Source: an uncultured bacterium | GTDB lineage: Bacteria; Babelota; Babeliae; Babelales; Vermiphilaceae | Length of the DNA stretch: 64,000 nucleotides | Assembly (NCBI GenBank): GCA_963695335.1 | Contig: OY968764.1 | Location: 1,302,685-1,366,684, forward strand | Reading direction: 5' to 3' | In this document: one piece after another, positions 21,545 through 33,014 of the stretch | Layout: the number at the start of each line of letters is the position of its first letter | Numbering within the stretch: the first letter of the stretch is position 1 | Notes under the pieces: generated by a model | Told to the model about the DNA's origin: nothing | The model's input: the letters and a program-made list of their open reading frames with translations, nothing else | The model's database searches: none | Translations under genes and position numbers: made by a program

Positions 21545-24500
21545 TAACGTTCTCCTTACCCAGCTTGAGTAAATCCACCTGTAAATTTAAGCTTTGAAGC
21601 TCTTTAATAAGCACATTAAATGACTCTGGAACGCCCGGTTCTGGTAAATCATCACCAGCAATAATCGCTTGATATGCTTTATGTCGACCAGTCACATCAT
21701 CAGATTTGATAGTTAACATTTCTTGTAAAGCATACGCAGCACCATAAGCTTCCATTGCCCATACTTCCATCTCACCAAGACGCTGACCACCTTGCTGAGC
21801 TTTACCACCTAATGGTTGTTGCGTCACAAGAGAGTAAGGCCCGACTGAACGTGCGTGTAACTTATCATCAACCATATGGTTCAGTTTCATCATATACAGA
21901 TTACCAACAGTAACTGGCTGTTCAAAATATTCACCAGTTCTACCATTACGCAATCTAAATGATCCTGAACTTGGTAAGTTGAGATCTTTTAACATTGGTT
22001 CAATATCTTTTGTTAAATCGGCACCATCAAACACTGGTGTTTTAAAGCACACACCATTTTCAGCGGTTTTTCGCGCAAGGGCCATTAGCCCTTCTTTGCC
22101 ATAGTTAACTTCATAATCTTCAACCATTTCTTTATCAAAACATTTAATAAGATACTTTTTAATTGAATCATATCCATCTGTTTCTAAAAGAGATTGAATT
22201 CTGTTACCCAGTTCTCTACCTGCAAGACCAAGGATTGTTTCTAAAATTTGCCCAACGTTCATACGTGATGGAATACCTAATGGATTCAACACGATATCAA
22301 CCGGCGTACCATCATCAAGATACGGCATATCTTCACGAGGAACAATGTTAGAAACGATACCTTTGTTACCATGACGTCCCGCCACTTTATCCCCAACGGA
22401 AATGTGACGTTTCATCGCGATATACACTTTAACCATCTTAATAACGCCTGATGGGAGCACATCACCTTTTTTAAAGTGATTAATGCGATCTTCTTTGAGA
22501 CCTTCCAAGATGCGAAGCTGATTCTCATAAGAATCCTTGAGATGCTTCAGCTCTTCTTGTGCCGGTTTTTCTTTTATTTTTAATTTAAAGAGATCTTCAA
22601 GCGTAAAGTCTTTAAGTTCTTCTTTATTGAACTTACCACCACGAACACCTTTCTTTTCAGATGCTGTTGCTGGTGTATTACCATGAAGAACATCACAAGC
22701 TTTGCTCATAATCATCTTTTGCAAGAAAATAGTATGATGCTTGTTACTCATTTCTAATTTTTCAATCTGCTTAGCTACTTCTTGCTTATAACGAGCATCT
22801 TTTCGCACACCACTTCTTGAAAATATTTTCACGTCAATAACCGTGCCTTCAATCCCAGGTGGAACACGCAATGAAGTATCTCTTACTTCACGTGATTTTT
22901 CCCCGAAAATTGCACGTAACAGTTTTTCTTCAGGAGAATATTGAATATCACCTTTAAGAGTGACTTTTCCGACAAGAATATCACCAGGTTTAACACGAGT
23001 ACCCACACGAACAATACCATCTTCATCCAAGCATTCCAACGCTGATTCACTCACATTTGGAAGATCACGCGTCAGCTCTTCAGGCCCAAGTTTTGTATCA
23101 CGAGCATCAACGATATATTCATCAATATGTACAGAAGTCAGTTCGTTATCACTCACAAGACGCTTATTTAATACAATAGCATCTTCAAAGTTATAACCAT
23201 GCCATAACATAAATGCTACAGAAAAGTTCTTCCCTAAGGCTAATTCACCATCGGAAATAGAAGCACCATTAGTTAAAACGTCTCCACTTTTAACTTTTTC
23301 ACCAACGCGAACGATTGGAGCATGGTGAATCCATGTACTATAACTTGAACGTTGGAATTTCTTCAGATAATACGTGTCGATACCATGTGTTACCCAATCA
23401 TCTGTGTTGGCACATTCATCTTCATTAACACGAATAATAATTTTGTCTGAAGAAACATATTCAACAACACCACCGCGTTTAGCTAAAATTAACGCACCTG
23501 ATGATTTAACAATTTCACTTTCCATACCAGTACCAACAATTGGTGCTCTGGTTGAAATAAGTGGAACTGCTTGACGTTGCATGTTTGCACCCATAAGCGC
23601 ACGAACAGCATCATCATGATCAAGGAATGGTACTAATGCAGCAGAAACAGACACTAACTGTTTTGGAGATAGATCAATGTAAGTAATATTTTCTGCGTCA
23701 ACATATAACAAGTTGTCATCATGTCGGGCGAAAATTTTACCTTGTTTTAATTGATTTGTTTTAGGATCAATTGCATCTGCTTGTGCAATATAATTACCTG
23801 ATTCTTCAAACGCATCCAAGAAAACAACTTCATCTAAGATTTTACCATTTTTTACTGGCCTATATGCTGTTTCAATAAATCCTAAATCATTCACCATTGC
23901 ATATGTTGCAAGAGAAGAAATCAAACCAACCGTTTGACCTTCCGGCGTTTCAATAGGACAGATACGACCATAATGAGATGGATGAACGTCACGAATTTCG
24001 AATGTTGCACGATCTTTCAAGACACCACCAGGCCCGAGCGCGGATAAACGACGCTTATGCGCAAGCTCTGCCATTGGGTTTGTTTGATCCATAAATTGAG
24101 ACAATTGACCAAGACCAAAAAATTCTCTAATAACGGCGCTCAATGGCTTAACGTTAAGAAAATCTTGTGGCATCAATGCACCATGCGCTTCTTGCATTCT
24201 GAAACGTTCACGAACAATACGTTCTATACGAGTAAAACCAAGATACATTTGATTGTTTAACAATTCACCAACCAATCTTACACGACGATTACCCAAATGA
24301 TCAATGTCATCCAGTTCGCCTTCTCCTCTTTCGCGAAGATTAACAAGGTAACGAATTGTTTGAACAATATCATCACGTGTTAAAGCTAACTGTTCTTCGG
24401 ACGTTGATAAGCCTAATTTACGATTCATACGAACACGACCAACGCGTGTTAAATCATAAAAACGATTATTGAAGAGCATATTAGTTAAACGCTCAGCAAC

Positions 24501-25864
24501 CTCTTTAAGAGATGAAGTATCTCCAGGCCATATTTTTGCATGAAGATCTTTTAATGCAGCGTCCTGCGATTGACATTTATCTTGAGCAAGAGTTAAGGCA
24601 ATAGTCGGCTGTAACGCATAACCATTTGATCTAATTAACTCAAATTGTAGTGAATCGAATTTTTTAATAATTTTAAGATGGTTTTCAGAGAACAGTTCGC
24701 CTTGCTCAATAAGAATTTCTCCTGTTTCTGAATCAACAACATCTTTTGCAAAAACACGCCCTACCAGACTTTCTGATTTGAGCGTTATTAATTCAACATG
24801 AGCTTTTTTAAGTTTAGCTAATAACTCTTTTGTATACTCTACGACCAACAAAGCCTTCTTCTTGCTCAGCAGGAACCATGCCTTTTTCAATACGTTGACC
24901 TATAAGATGTTCATCAACATCACTAAAAAATTGATCTTTTTTAAAAGAAACAGTGTCAAATGTATAAAATAAGAGGAATAATTTCATCACGAGAAAAGCC
25001 AAGCGCTTGTAAGAACGTAGTAACGTATAATTTTTTCTTTTTATCTATACGTACATATAAAATATCATTGCTGTCAGATTCAAAATCAATCCATGAACCA
25101 CGCATTGGTATAATACGCGCAAGATAGTATGGTCGCCCACGAAAATCTTTTACTTTTTTGCTTTGGGAAAATACCACACCAGGAGATCTATGCAACTGAC
25201 TCACAACAACACGATCAACGCCATTAATTAAGAAAGAACCCAAGTTGCCGAGTTTAAATCTTCCTTGCTCTTCATAAAGATCTGCCATAACTGGCAAATC
25301 TGCAAAGAAAATATCTTGCTCTTTAATATCGCGAACTATTTTGTTGCCTTCAGCATTAGTTGTCCAACTAATCAGCTGCACTTTAATTTTGAGGGACATA
25401 GAAAAAGTTTGGCCACTTGTACGACATTCATCCAACAAAAGCGGAGTATGAACTGTTGTACGTACCAAACAGTTAGAACACGTCACATAACGTGCTGTTT
25501 TTTCTTTACAGAAAGTACATGCTTGATCTTTAGATAAACGTGAACAATCAGATTTTTTACATGATGTACAGCTCCACTGATAACGACTTTCGATACCAGT
25601 TAACTTCCCACATGTACAAGCCCAACGCCCTAACTCATAGCTAACATACTCGAGCGAAAGCTTATCCTCATACTCAATAGGAAAAATATCCCGCAACACT
25701 TTTTCAAGCCCAATAAGCTTTCTTTCTTGCGGTAAATAATCAAGCTGAACAAAATCATTAAATGATGTTGATTGTATTTCGATCAAATTTGGTACCGGAA
25801 CAACGTCCCTTATTTTACCATATTGTTTACGAAGGGTACTCTTGCTTATAAGTACATTAGACAT
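21537..25864 (-). CDS. rpoB: RNA polymerase beta subunit (two +1 frameshifts) with Cys-rich N-terminal insertion
   Basis: [40 protein letters not shown]; removing 2 nt gives 1442 codons. Confidence 0.97.
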
Positions 25865-25948
25865 TAAGACCACTCCTCACTAACGCCAAACATGTGGCCA
25901 ACAGATTCAATCCCCCACTACACCAAAAAACTGTGCCCCAACATTATT

Positions 25949-26064
25949 CCCAATTTATATCACTCCAATTGGAATTTCCATTGGAATAAAACAAAAATTG
26001 AGTATTAAATTGGGGTCCCCATCAAAAGAGATATCCTCATATAAGAGGAAAACTGAAGATGGGG
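25949..26064. repeat. Expanded family-C repeat in the rplL-rpoB spacer
   Basis: cccaattt..cactccaa..ggggtcccc...aactgaagatgggg, shared with 206-263 and 47727-47783. Confidence 0.65.
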
Positions 26065-26088
26065 CTAAAAAGGCCTGCATAACAAAGG

Positions 26089-26475
26089 TTATGCAAGCTC
26101 TACTTTTGCGCCAACTTCTTCAAGTTTCTTTTTCATTTTTTCTGCATCAGCTTTTGATACTGATTCAGCAATGACTGCTGGCGTTTCTTCTGTTAATTTT
26201 TTAGCATCAGAAAGTGCCAAGTTAGGAATAACTTCACGCAATGCTTTAATTACTTTGATTTTTTCAGCGCCAGCATCAGTTAATGATACTTTGTATTCGC
26301 TTTTTTCTGCTACCGCTGGAGCCGCATCAGCTGACGCTGCTGGAGCTGCAGATGCCATTGGCATAGCTGCTGAAATACCAAATTTTGATTCAAGAGCTTT
26401 AACTAAATCTGCTAGCTCAAGAACCGTCATATTACTGATTTCATCAATAAATTTTTCATGAGATTTTGCTGCCAT
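26089..26475 (-). CDS. rplL: 50S ribosomal protein L7/L12
   Basis: MTVLELADLVKALESKFGISAA, KIKVIKALRE. Confidence 0.97.
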   Translation of the reverse strand: MAAKSHEKFIDEISNMTVLELADLVKALESKFGISAAMPMASAAPAASADAAPAVAEKSEYKVSLTDAGAEKIKVIKALREVIPNLALSDAKKLTEETPAVIAESVSKADAEKMKKKLEEVGAKVELA

Positions 26476-26543
26476 TGCAATCCCTAAACGTTAAAAAGTG
26501 ACTATAAAACAACTACTATCATCTATACACAAACACATTTATT

Positions 26544-27071
26544 CTACGATTGTTTTTGTTTTTCAACTTCTTTCAAAGCAACTAAAAACTTAACCATCAC
26601 AGAATTAAGACCAAATACAAATGAGGTTAATGGAGCATTAAGCGTACCGCATAGCTGAGCCAACAATACTTCTTTTGATGGAAGCGTTGCAATACGAGTG
26701 ATTGCTGCTTTATCCAAAAGCTGTGCATCTACACAACCAATAACAAGACCAAGCGCTTCATTCTGTTTTGCAAAATCATTAAGTGTTTTTGCTACGCCGG
26801 AAACTTCGGCTGCATCAAACGCAAAAACAACGCCAACCTGATTTTTACAATGAGAAAGAAGCCCTTCAGCGCCTTCAACATCTGCAAGCGCTCGTCTAAC
26901 AAGCCGCATCTTTGCGATTTTGAGCGCGCCGCCTTTTTGGCGCAATTGCCTTCTTAAATGTTGCATTTCAACAACAGTTAATCCGGAGTAATTAACAAAA
27001 AAGGTGCCCTTATTTGCCAAAAAATCTTTATGAAATACTTCAACAACCGATTCTTTTTGTTGTCGATTCAT
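26544..27071 (-). CDS. rplJ: 50S ribosomal protein L10
   Basis: YSGLTV, LPSKEVLLAQL; operon position. Confidence 0.95.
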   Translation of the reverse strand: MNRQQKESVVEVFHKDFLANKGTFFVNYSGLTVVEMQHLRRQLRQKGGALKIAKMRLVRRALADVEGAEGLLSHCKNQVGVVFAFDAAEVSGVAKTLNDFAKQNEALGLVIGCVDAQLLDKAAITRIATLPSKEVLLAQLCGTLNAPLTSFVFGLNSVMVKFLVALKEVEKQKQS

Positions 27072-27085
27072 TGAAACCTCTTTAC

Positions 27086-27784
27086 CTATAAGGAACGCAC
27101 AAATTCATCAGGATTAATAGAGATGCCAATGCCCATCGTTGAAGACACGGTCATCTTTTTTAAATACTTACCTTTAGCAGTTGCAGGCTTTACCGCCACA
27201 ACAGCTTTTACTAAAGCATCCAAGTTTTCATGAAGCTTTTTAACATCAAATGAGACTTTACCAATTGAAAAATGAACGATGCCCTGCTTATCATTTCTGA
27301 AGAAAGCACGGCCTCTTTTTAGATCAGTAACAATTGCGTCTACATCAAACGTAACTGTACCTACTTTTTTGTTCGGTAACAATCCACGTGGTCCCAAAAC
27401 TTTTGCCAACACACCAACTGCACCCATAACATCTGGGGTTGCCACTGCATAGTCAAAATCAAGCCAGCCGCCTTGCACTTTTTCAATCAGGTCTTCCATG
27501 CCCACAAAATCAGCGCCTGCTTTTTTTGCTGCATCTGCATATTCACCTTTTGCAAATACAATAACAACTTTCTCTTTACCCTTACTATACGGTAACACAA
27601 CAGAGCCACGAACAGTTTGTTCACCTTTTGATGCATCGATGCCTAAGTTAATAGATACATCTACTGATTCATCAAATTTAACAAAAGAAAGATCTTTAAC
27701 CTGTTGAAAAGCTACATCCACACCAAGATCATTACTAGGTTTTTTTGATACCGCCGCTCGATATTTTTTTCCGTGTTTAGCCAT
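27086..27784 (-). CDS. rplA: 50S ribosomal protein L1
   Basis: KFDESVD, LGPRGLLPN, SSTMG. Confidence 0.97.
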   Translation of the reverse strand: MAKHGKKYRAAVSKKPSNDLGVDVAFQQVKDLSFVKFDESVDVSINLGIDASKGEQTVRGSVVLPYSKGKEKVVIVFAKGEYADAAKKAGADFVGMEDLIEKVQGGWLDFDYAVATPDVMGAVGVLAKVLGPRGLLPNKKVGTVTFDVDAIVTDLKRGRAFFRNDKQGIVHFSIGKVSFDVKKLHENLDALVKAVVAVKPATAKGKYLKKMTVSSTMGIGISINPDEFVRSL

Positions 27785-27798
27785 TATCTTTTCCTAGC

Positions 27799-28225
27799 TC
27801 AGTCAACAACATCAATTCCAATACTTCGCGCACTACCAGCAACAATTTTTTTAGCTTGATCTATATCAATTGCATTTAAATCTGGCATTTTGATTTTTGC
27901 GATTTCTTCAATATCTCTCCATGAAATTTTTGCCAACTTTGATTTCATGAGGACGAGAAGAACCTTTTGTAAGGTTAATTCGCTTTTTAATGAGCTCAGT
28001 AGTTGGTGAAGTTTTCACCTTAAATTCAAATGTGCGATCTGTGTATACAGTAATTTCTACTGGCACAGTCTCGCCTTTACGACCAGATGTCTGAGCATTA
28101 AATGCTTTGCAGAACTCCATAATATTAACTTGATGTTGACCAAGTGATGATCCTACTGGAGGAGCTGGAGTAGCGCTGCCGCCTGGAATCTGAAGCTTAA
28201 TTTTTGCTTTAACTATTTTTGCCAT
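27799..28225 (-). CDS. rplK: 50S ribosomal protein L11 (one +1 frameshift in an A-run near 27930)
   Basis: [26 protein letters not shown]...AGSARSIG continues in the shifted frame. Confidence 0.95.
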
Positions 28226-28246
28226 GTAGACAATTACCTCACTAAA

Positions 28247-28765
28247 TTATCGCTTAATTTGATGGAAACCAAGTTCCACCGGGGTCATTCTGCCAAAAAT
28301 ACTAACCATAACTGTTAACTTATCGTTATTATAATCTACGCTATCAATAATACCGACAAATCCAGCAAACGGCCCCTCAACTATATCTACTTCACTGCCA
28401 AGCGAAAACTCTTCGCGCGTAGTTTCAACCGCAACTTCTCCCTTAACTTGGGAAACGATACGATCAATTTCTCTTTGGGATATTGGTTCAGGATTTTTGC
28501 CCCCCAAAAATCTCAAAACCCGAATGCTTGCCGTTACAACACGGAGCGATTCAGGAGTCATTTCCATTTCGGCTAAAATGTAGCCAGGAAAAAGTTGTTG
28601 ATCAGCACTGTCATCTGTTGCAAACATCGGTTTTGATTTAGCGGATGGCACAAGAATTTCACCAAAAAAATCTTGCATCTCTTCCGCTTGAATTCGTTTT
28701 TCGATGTCTAGCTTAGCTGCCTGCTCATAACCTGCATACACTTGTACAACATACCAGCGCTTCAT
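28247..28765 (-). CDS. nusG: Transcription termination/antitermination factor NusG
   Basis: WYVVQVYAGYE, FPGYIL, GPFAGF, SIFGRMTPVEL. Confidence 0.97.
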   Translation of the reverse strand: MKRWYVVQVYAGYEQAAKLDIEKRIQAEEMQDFFGEILVPSAKSKPMFATDDSADQQLFPGYILAEMEMTPESLRVVTASIRVLRFLGGKNPEPISQREIDRIVSQVKGEVAVETTREEFSLGSEVDIVEGPFAGFVGIIDSVDYNNDKLTVMVSIFGRMTPVELGFHQIKR

Positions 28766-28786
28766 ATGATCTTTGTCCTGTAAATA

Positions 28787-28987
28787 CTAGTAACCACTAT
28801 ATAATCTAACTACAAATCGCCAGAGCTCGGTAAGCCCTTTATCAACTAGACCTAAATAAATTGAAAAAAAAGACATGAGAAGTAAAGCAACAATCGTTGA
28901 CCCTACAAACTCATCAAATTTAGGCCAGGTAACTTTTGAAAGTTCAAGCTGCACATCTTTCACAAACTGCGTTACATCTTTTATCAT
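28787..28987 (-). CDS. secE: Preprotein translocase subunit SecE
   Basis: ELSKVTWP followed by a TM helix. Confidence 0.93.
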   Translation of the reverse strand: MIKDVTQFVKDVQLELSKVTWPKFDEFVGSTIVALLLMSFFSIYLGLVDKGLTELWRFVVRLYSGY

Positions 28988-29010
28988 TATCTCTCTTTTC
29001 TTTGTGAAGT

Positions 29011-29087
29011 TGGCAGGCCAGGAGGGACTCGAACCCCCAACCGGCAGATTTGGAGTCTGCTGCTCTACCAAATTGAGCTACTGACCT
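29011..29087 (-). tRNA. tRNA-Trp(CCA)
   Basis: Cloverleaf, anticodon CCA. Confidence 0.95.
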
Positions 29088-29096
29088 ACAGCTGGT

Positions 29097-29255
29097 CTAT
29101 TTTGTTTCTTTATGATCGTTGTGTTTACGGCAACGTGCACAATATTTGTTCAACTTCAAAGAACCTATAGTTCTTTTTTTTGAAACAACTTGAGTATAGT
29201 TGCGTTCTTTACACACTTCACACACTAAATGGGTAGTTTTTCTATTTTTTGCCAT
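29097..29255 (-). CDS. rpmG: 50S ribosomal protein L33 (Zn-binding type)
   Basis: CEVCKERNY...LNKYCARCRKH. Confidence 0.95.
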   Translation of the reverse strand: MAKNRKTTHLVCEVCKERNYTQVVSKKRTIGSLKLNKYCARCRKHNDHKETK

Positions 29256-29298
29256 GATTATCAAAACAATTGAAGACCTAGATTCCAACAATTCTATC

Positions 29299-29373
29299 TG
29301 GAGCCCGCGACCGGGATTGAACCGGTGGCCTCTTCCTTACCAAGGAAGTGCTCTGCCTCTGAGCTACGTGGGC
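29299..29373 (-). tRNA. tRNA-Thr(GGT)
   Basis: Cloverleaf, anticodon GGT. Confidence 0.95.
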
Positions 29374-29528
29374 GAAGACCGTAATCCTTACGATTTATTA
29401 TAGATTAATTAAAAAAACAGAAAAAGACAAATTTTTAAACACCAATTGTGTATTAGAAATCAGAAAAATAACGCTTTTTTATAAAATATACAAAAAAAGA
29501 AGGCTCAAAAGCCTTCTTAAATGTATTC

Positions 29529-29604
29529 TGGAGCCGGCGACAGGATTCGAACCAGTGACCTGCTGATTACAAATCAGCTGCTCTACCAACTGAGCTACGC
29601 CGGC
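29529..29604 (-). tRNA. tRNA-Thr(TGT)
   Basis: Cloverleaf, anticodon TGT. Confidence 0.95.
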
Positions 29605-29617
29605 ATATACTTTTTTC

Positions 29618-29693
29618 TGGAGCGGGAAACGAGGGTCGAACTCGCAACCTACAGCTTGGAAGGCTGTCGCTCTGCCAATTGAGCTATTCCCGC
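29618..29693 (-). tRNA. tRNA-Gly(TCC)
   Basis: Cloverleaf, anticodon TCC. Confidence 0.95.
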
Positions 29694-29790
29694 ATATTTC
29701 AAAACAATCTCTTTCAAAAACTTTGCTTTTCGTCTTCTCCCATCCTTTTTTGAAGCTCCAGTTGCAGCATCGCGAAAACTGGAAAAAGTA

Positions 29791-29875
29791 TGGTGGCGAG
29801 GGCTGGATTCGAACCAGCGAAGACATAGTCAACAGATTTACAGTCTGCCCCTTTTGGCCGCTCAGGAACCTCGCC
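29791..29875 (-). tRNA. tRNA-Tyr(GTA)
   Basis: Cloverleaf with long variable arm, anticodon GTA. Confidence 0.95.
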
Positions 29876-30114
29876 GCGCCCAAGCACATCTACAAGCTTG
29901 TTCAAATATGATATTGTTTTTTTCAATAGATTTCAACTGAAATTTAACGAAAAACCTCATTTTTTTAAAAAAACTTCAAAATTTGCCACATTTTCTGCTA
30001 AACAAGCTCTATAAACAACATATATCCAAATACCCTATCTGCTTTACATTCAAACCAAAATTTTCTAATGTATAGCTCAAAATGGTCTCACAACAACAAA
30101 AAAAGGATCTGTTT

Positions 30115-30900
30115 ATGAAAATACATGCATTGGTCGTATTACTTTTATCTGCTTCTCTTGCCAGCAATTGCATGGAAAAAGAAAACTCAACTGCCACGGT
30201 TATTAGATATGATGATTCCGGCATATCAATAACACGGCATAGAAAAGAAAATGTAATAGGCTTGATGCCAGCCTTTCAAGATACAAAGTTGACCGCCAAA
30301 GCCCAAGAAAGAGCATCTCTAGTACCACAAGTTCCATTTTCTATCAATGAAAAAACAATGGAAGAATTACAGACTATCAACCGTAAAATTACAGAATTAG
30401 ACCTAAGACTTAACGCTGCAAAAGCAAACTCAAGTAATGATCCATTTACGCCAATGGAAATCCAAGCAAAACTTAAAAAACGATACGAAAAGCTGGGTAA
30501 TACTTTAAATCTTTTAAACAACGAAATAATGCAAAACTCAACAGATGTACTAGATAATGTGACAAAAGAGATAACATCTCAAGAATCAGTTCTAGTAAAC
30601 AAATTACGAGATAACCAAATAACAAAAGATGAATATAATTCACAGTTAAAACAAATTAAAGATTCCTTCCGCAAATCACAAGTAAATACTACAATAATCA
30701 ATGAATTCATATTGGCGCATAAAAAAGTACAAGCGATCCAACAATTTGCAGAAATTGGATTAACAAAAAATAAATCTGACAAATTATTTATAGCTATGGA
30801 GACAAAATATCGAATACAAGCTGGTCATTTAGCAGCTTTAATTAATAAGTTTGTAGAAACATTAGAAGAGTTACCACAAGAACAAACATCAGACAAATAA
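30115..30900 (+). CDS. Hypothetical exported coiled-coil protein
   Basis: Signal peptide ending ASNC|ME; heptad-rich. Confidence 0.55.
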   Translation: MKIHALVVLLLSASLASNCMEKENSTATVIRYDDSGISITRHRKENVIGLMPAFQDTKLTAKAQERASLVPQVPFSINEKTMEELQTINRKITELDLRLNAAKANSSNDPFTPMEIQAKLKKRYEKLGNTLNLLNNEIMQNSTDVLDNVTKEITSQESVLVNKLRDNQITKDEYNSQLKQIKDSFRKSQVNTTIINEFILAHKKVQAIQQFAEIGLTKNKSDKLFIAMETKYRIQAGHLAALINKFVETLEELPQEQTSDK

Positions 30901-30922
30901 GATCAATTTTATTTCGTACACA

Positions 30923-30960
30923 AAGAAAGCTTCATGCGTACAAACATGAAGCTTTTCTTT
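30923..30960. terminator. Bidirectional hairpin terminator
   Basis: aaagcttcatg-loop-catgaagcttt between convergent genes. Confidence 0.7.
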
Positions 30961-31391
30961 TATTCACACTCAATTTTGACCACCCGTTTATCAGGCTCAT
31001 CGCCATAATCAAATGTCACCCAACAAACGTTATGCGTTAACAGTGGTTTAATTACTTCTGGCCACTCAATAAAAACCCAACTATTAGGTTCATACAAATA
31101 TTCATCAAATCCTTGTGCCTGGAACTCTTCCACACTACCAACTCTGTACAAATCAAAATGATAAAAATGTTCATCTTTATCATTGGTATATTCATTCACA
31201 TACGTAAATGTTGGGCTTGTGATAACGCCAGTAACGCCACCACTGCGCAATAATGCTTTGATTGTTGTTGTTTTACCTGCACCTAATGGGCCAACGCAAG
31301 CAAATATGTGCACATGCGACATTAAATTCTTAAGCTCTTTTATGACCACTTCGTGGTCGTCCAAAGAATATGTAATTTCTTTTTTAAACAT
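30960..31391 (-). CDS. tsaE: tRNA threonylcarbamoyladenosine biosynthesis ATPase TsaE
   Basis: GPLGAGKTT, TSPTF, HFDLYR, IEWPE. Confidence 0.96.
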   Translation of the reverse strand: MFKKEITYSLDDHEVVIKELKNLMSHVHIFACVGPLGAGKTTTIKALLRSGGVTGVITSPTFTYVNEYTNDKDEHFYHFDLYRVGSVEEFQAQGFDEYLYEPNSWVFIEWPEVIKPLLTHNVCWVTFDYGDEPDKRVVKIECE

Positions 31392-31393
31392 AC

Positions 31394-31984
31394 TTATAAC
31401 TTCTTTAATTTCTTCAACAACTCACGCTCGCGCTTATTTATCTCATTCTTTTTAACATGATGCCGTTTTGGACCACTCACCACATCTTCACTTTTTTGTG
31501 GGACAATTTTACTCGCTTGCAGCATCAATTCATCAATATCGAATGCATCATTCTCATGATGCAACTTTGTCACAATAGAATCTTTTTCAGCAACTACCTC
31601 TTTTGTTGATAACTCTTGATGCAATAAGTGCGAAAATGTTGATGAATCAATAGAAGGAATGTTTAAACGTTCTGCCCAGCGGTTAAGTTCACTATCTGAT
31701 GATACTAACAAAAGATCTTGGGTATGATGCGCCTCAACATACTCTTTGATATAATCATCGGCAGTTTCATGAATACCAGAATAAACCACCGTTACCCTTT
31801 TCATCTGTTCTTTGAACGGCCATTCATGAGGACCCCCATCAAAAACAATCACTACTTTATGACCTTTACGGCGCCCATACGCACTCAATTGCGCAATAAA
31901 CTGCGCACGCTCTTTATCCGTAATTGTTTTTTTATACGGAGGCACGGATCGCAAAAGATTGTAAGCATCAACCACAATAATCAT
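31394..31984 (-). CDS. NYN-domain (YacP/Rae1-like) ribonuclease
   Basis: IVVDAYNL, IVFDG, TADDYI, VSSD. Confidence 0.85.
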   Translation of the reverse strand: MIIVVDAYNLLRSVPPYKKTITDKERAQFIAQLSAYGRRKGHKVVIVFDGGPHEWPFKEQMKRVTVVYSGIHETADDYIKEYVEAHHTQDLLLVSSDSELNRWAERLNIPSIDSSTFSHLLHQELSTKEVVAEKDSIVTKLHHENDAFDIDELMLQASKIVPQKSEDVVSGPKRHHVKKNEINKRERELLKKLKKL

Positions 31985-32162
31985 ATGTCCCTTTAACCCA
32001 AAGCTTTAAACTATCCCCTAGCTCCATAAGTATAACAAGCACCTATTCAAAACAATAGTCACCTATATATTTCATTGAAAAACATTTCAACTAAAGGTAG
32101 ATTAAACTATAATTGCTTTAAAATCATAAAAAAAGCTCGGCAACGAGCGCGAGTAAGATTTC

Positions 32163-33014
32163 ATGTCAAAACTCATTCAAATGCGCAACCGCATTAAAAC
32201 AATCGAAACAATCAGAAAAATCACTGATGTGATGCGTATTATTTCTATGTCAGCTCATTCACGGCTTAAAACAAAACAAGAACCACTCAGCGATTATCTT
32301 ACTGAACTAAAATCATTATTCGCTAAAGTACAATTAGCAACACCTTCATGGACAAATGAACGCTTGATGCCAACTGGAGCAGATACCAATCCACTCATTG
32401 TTATCATTGGATCACAAAAAGGTTTGTGCGGCGGCTTTAATACACAACTATCAAAGCTATTACAGCATTACATAGCCCAAAACCCATCAGCTCACTATCA
32501 TTTTACTGCCATCGGTAAAAAACCAATTGATTACTTAATTAATAATTATCCTGATAAATTACTCTCTTCTTTCCCTATACTCACTGCACGTAATTTTTTA
32601 ACCATTTCACAAGAACTGACTGATATGATTATGACAACAACTCCTGCGTATACATCAGTCACTATTATCAGCAATCTGTTTAAAAACTTTTTTACCCAAA
32701 AAGCAACCATCACTCACCTTGTTCCATTTAATGCTACAGATATATCAATGCAGATCCCCGCACCGACGGAAGAATATATTTGGGATGAAGCGCCACACAC
32801 CATTCTGGATGCGCTTGCTGTGCAATATGTTGAAGCACAATTTCAGCACCTTATTTTTCAGTCGCTGCTTGCTGAGCATGCAGCGCGTTTTATTTCTATG
32901 GATAGCTCAACGCGCAATGCGTATAATTTATTAAGTACAACAAAATTGGAATACAACAAAGTGCGTCAAGCGAAAATTACCACTGAAATTACTGAATTAA
33001 CGGGGAATTTTTAG
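32163..33014 (+). CDS. atpG: ATP synthase F1 gamma subunit
   Basis: KITDVM, KGLCGGFN, AEHAARFISMD, YNKVRQAKITTEITE. Confidence 0.93.
   Translation: MSKLIQMRNRIKTIETIRKITDVMRIISMSAHSRLKTKQEPLSDYLTELKSLFAKVQLATPSWTNERLMPTGADTNPLIVIIGSQKGLCGGFNTQLSKLLQHYIAQNPSAHYHFTAIGKKPIDYLINNYPDKLLSSFPILTARNFLTISQELTDMIMTTTPAYTSVTIISNLFKNFFTQKATITHLVPFNATDISMQIPAPTEEYIWDEAPHTILDALAVQYVEAQFQHLIFQSLLAEHAARFISMDSSTRNAYNLLSTTKLEYNKVRQAKITTEITELTGNF

Noticed and set aside
17412..25873. Naturally split rpoB/rpoC, inteins or programmed frameshifting
   Set aside because: Breaks are single-base insertions with no shared slippery motif and no intein motifs; repaired lengths are normal
29479..29926. ORFs of 62-136 aa over the tRNA cluster, and the secE ORF extension to 29071
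   Set aside because: They overlap tRNA genes
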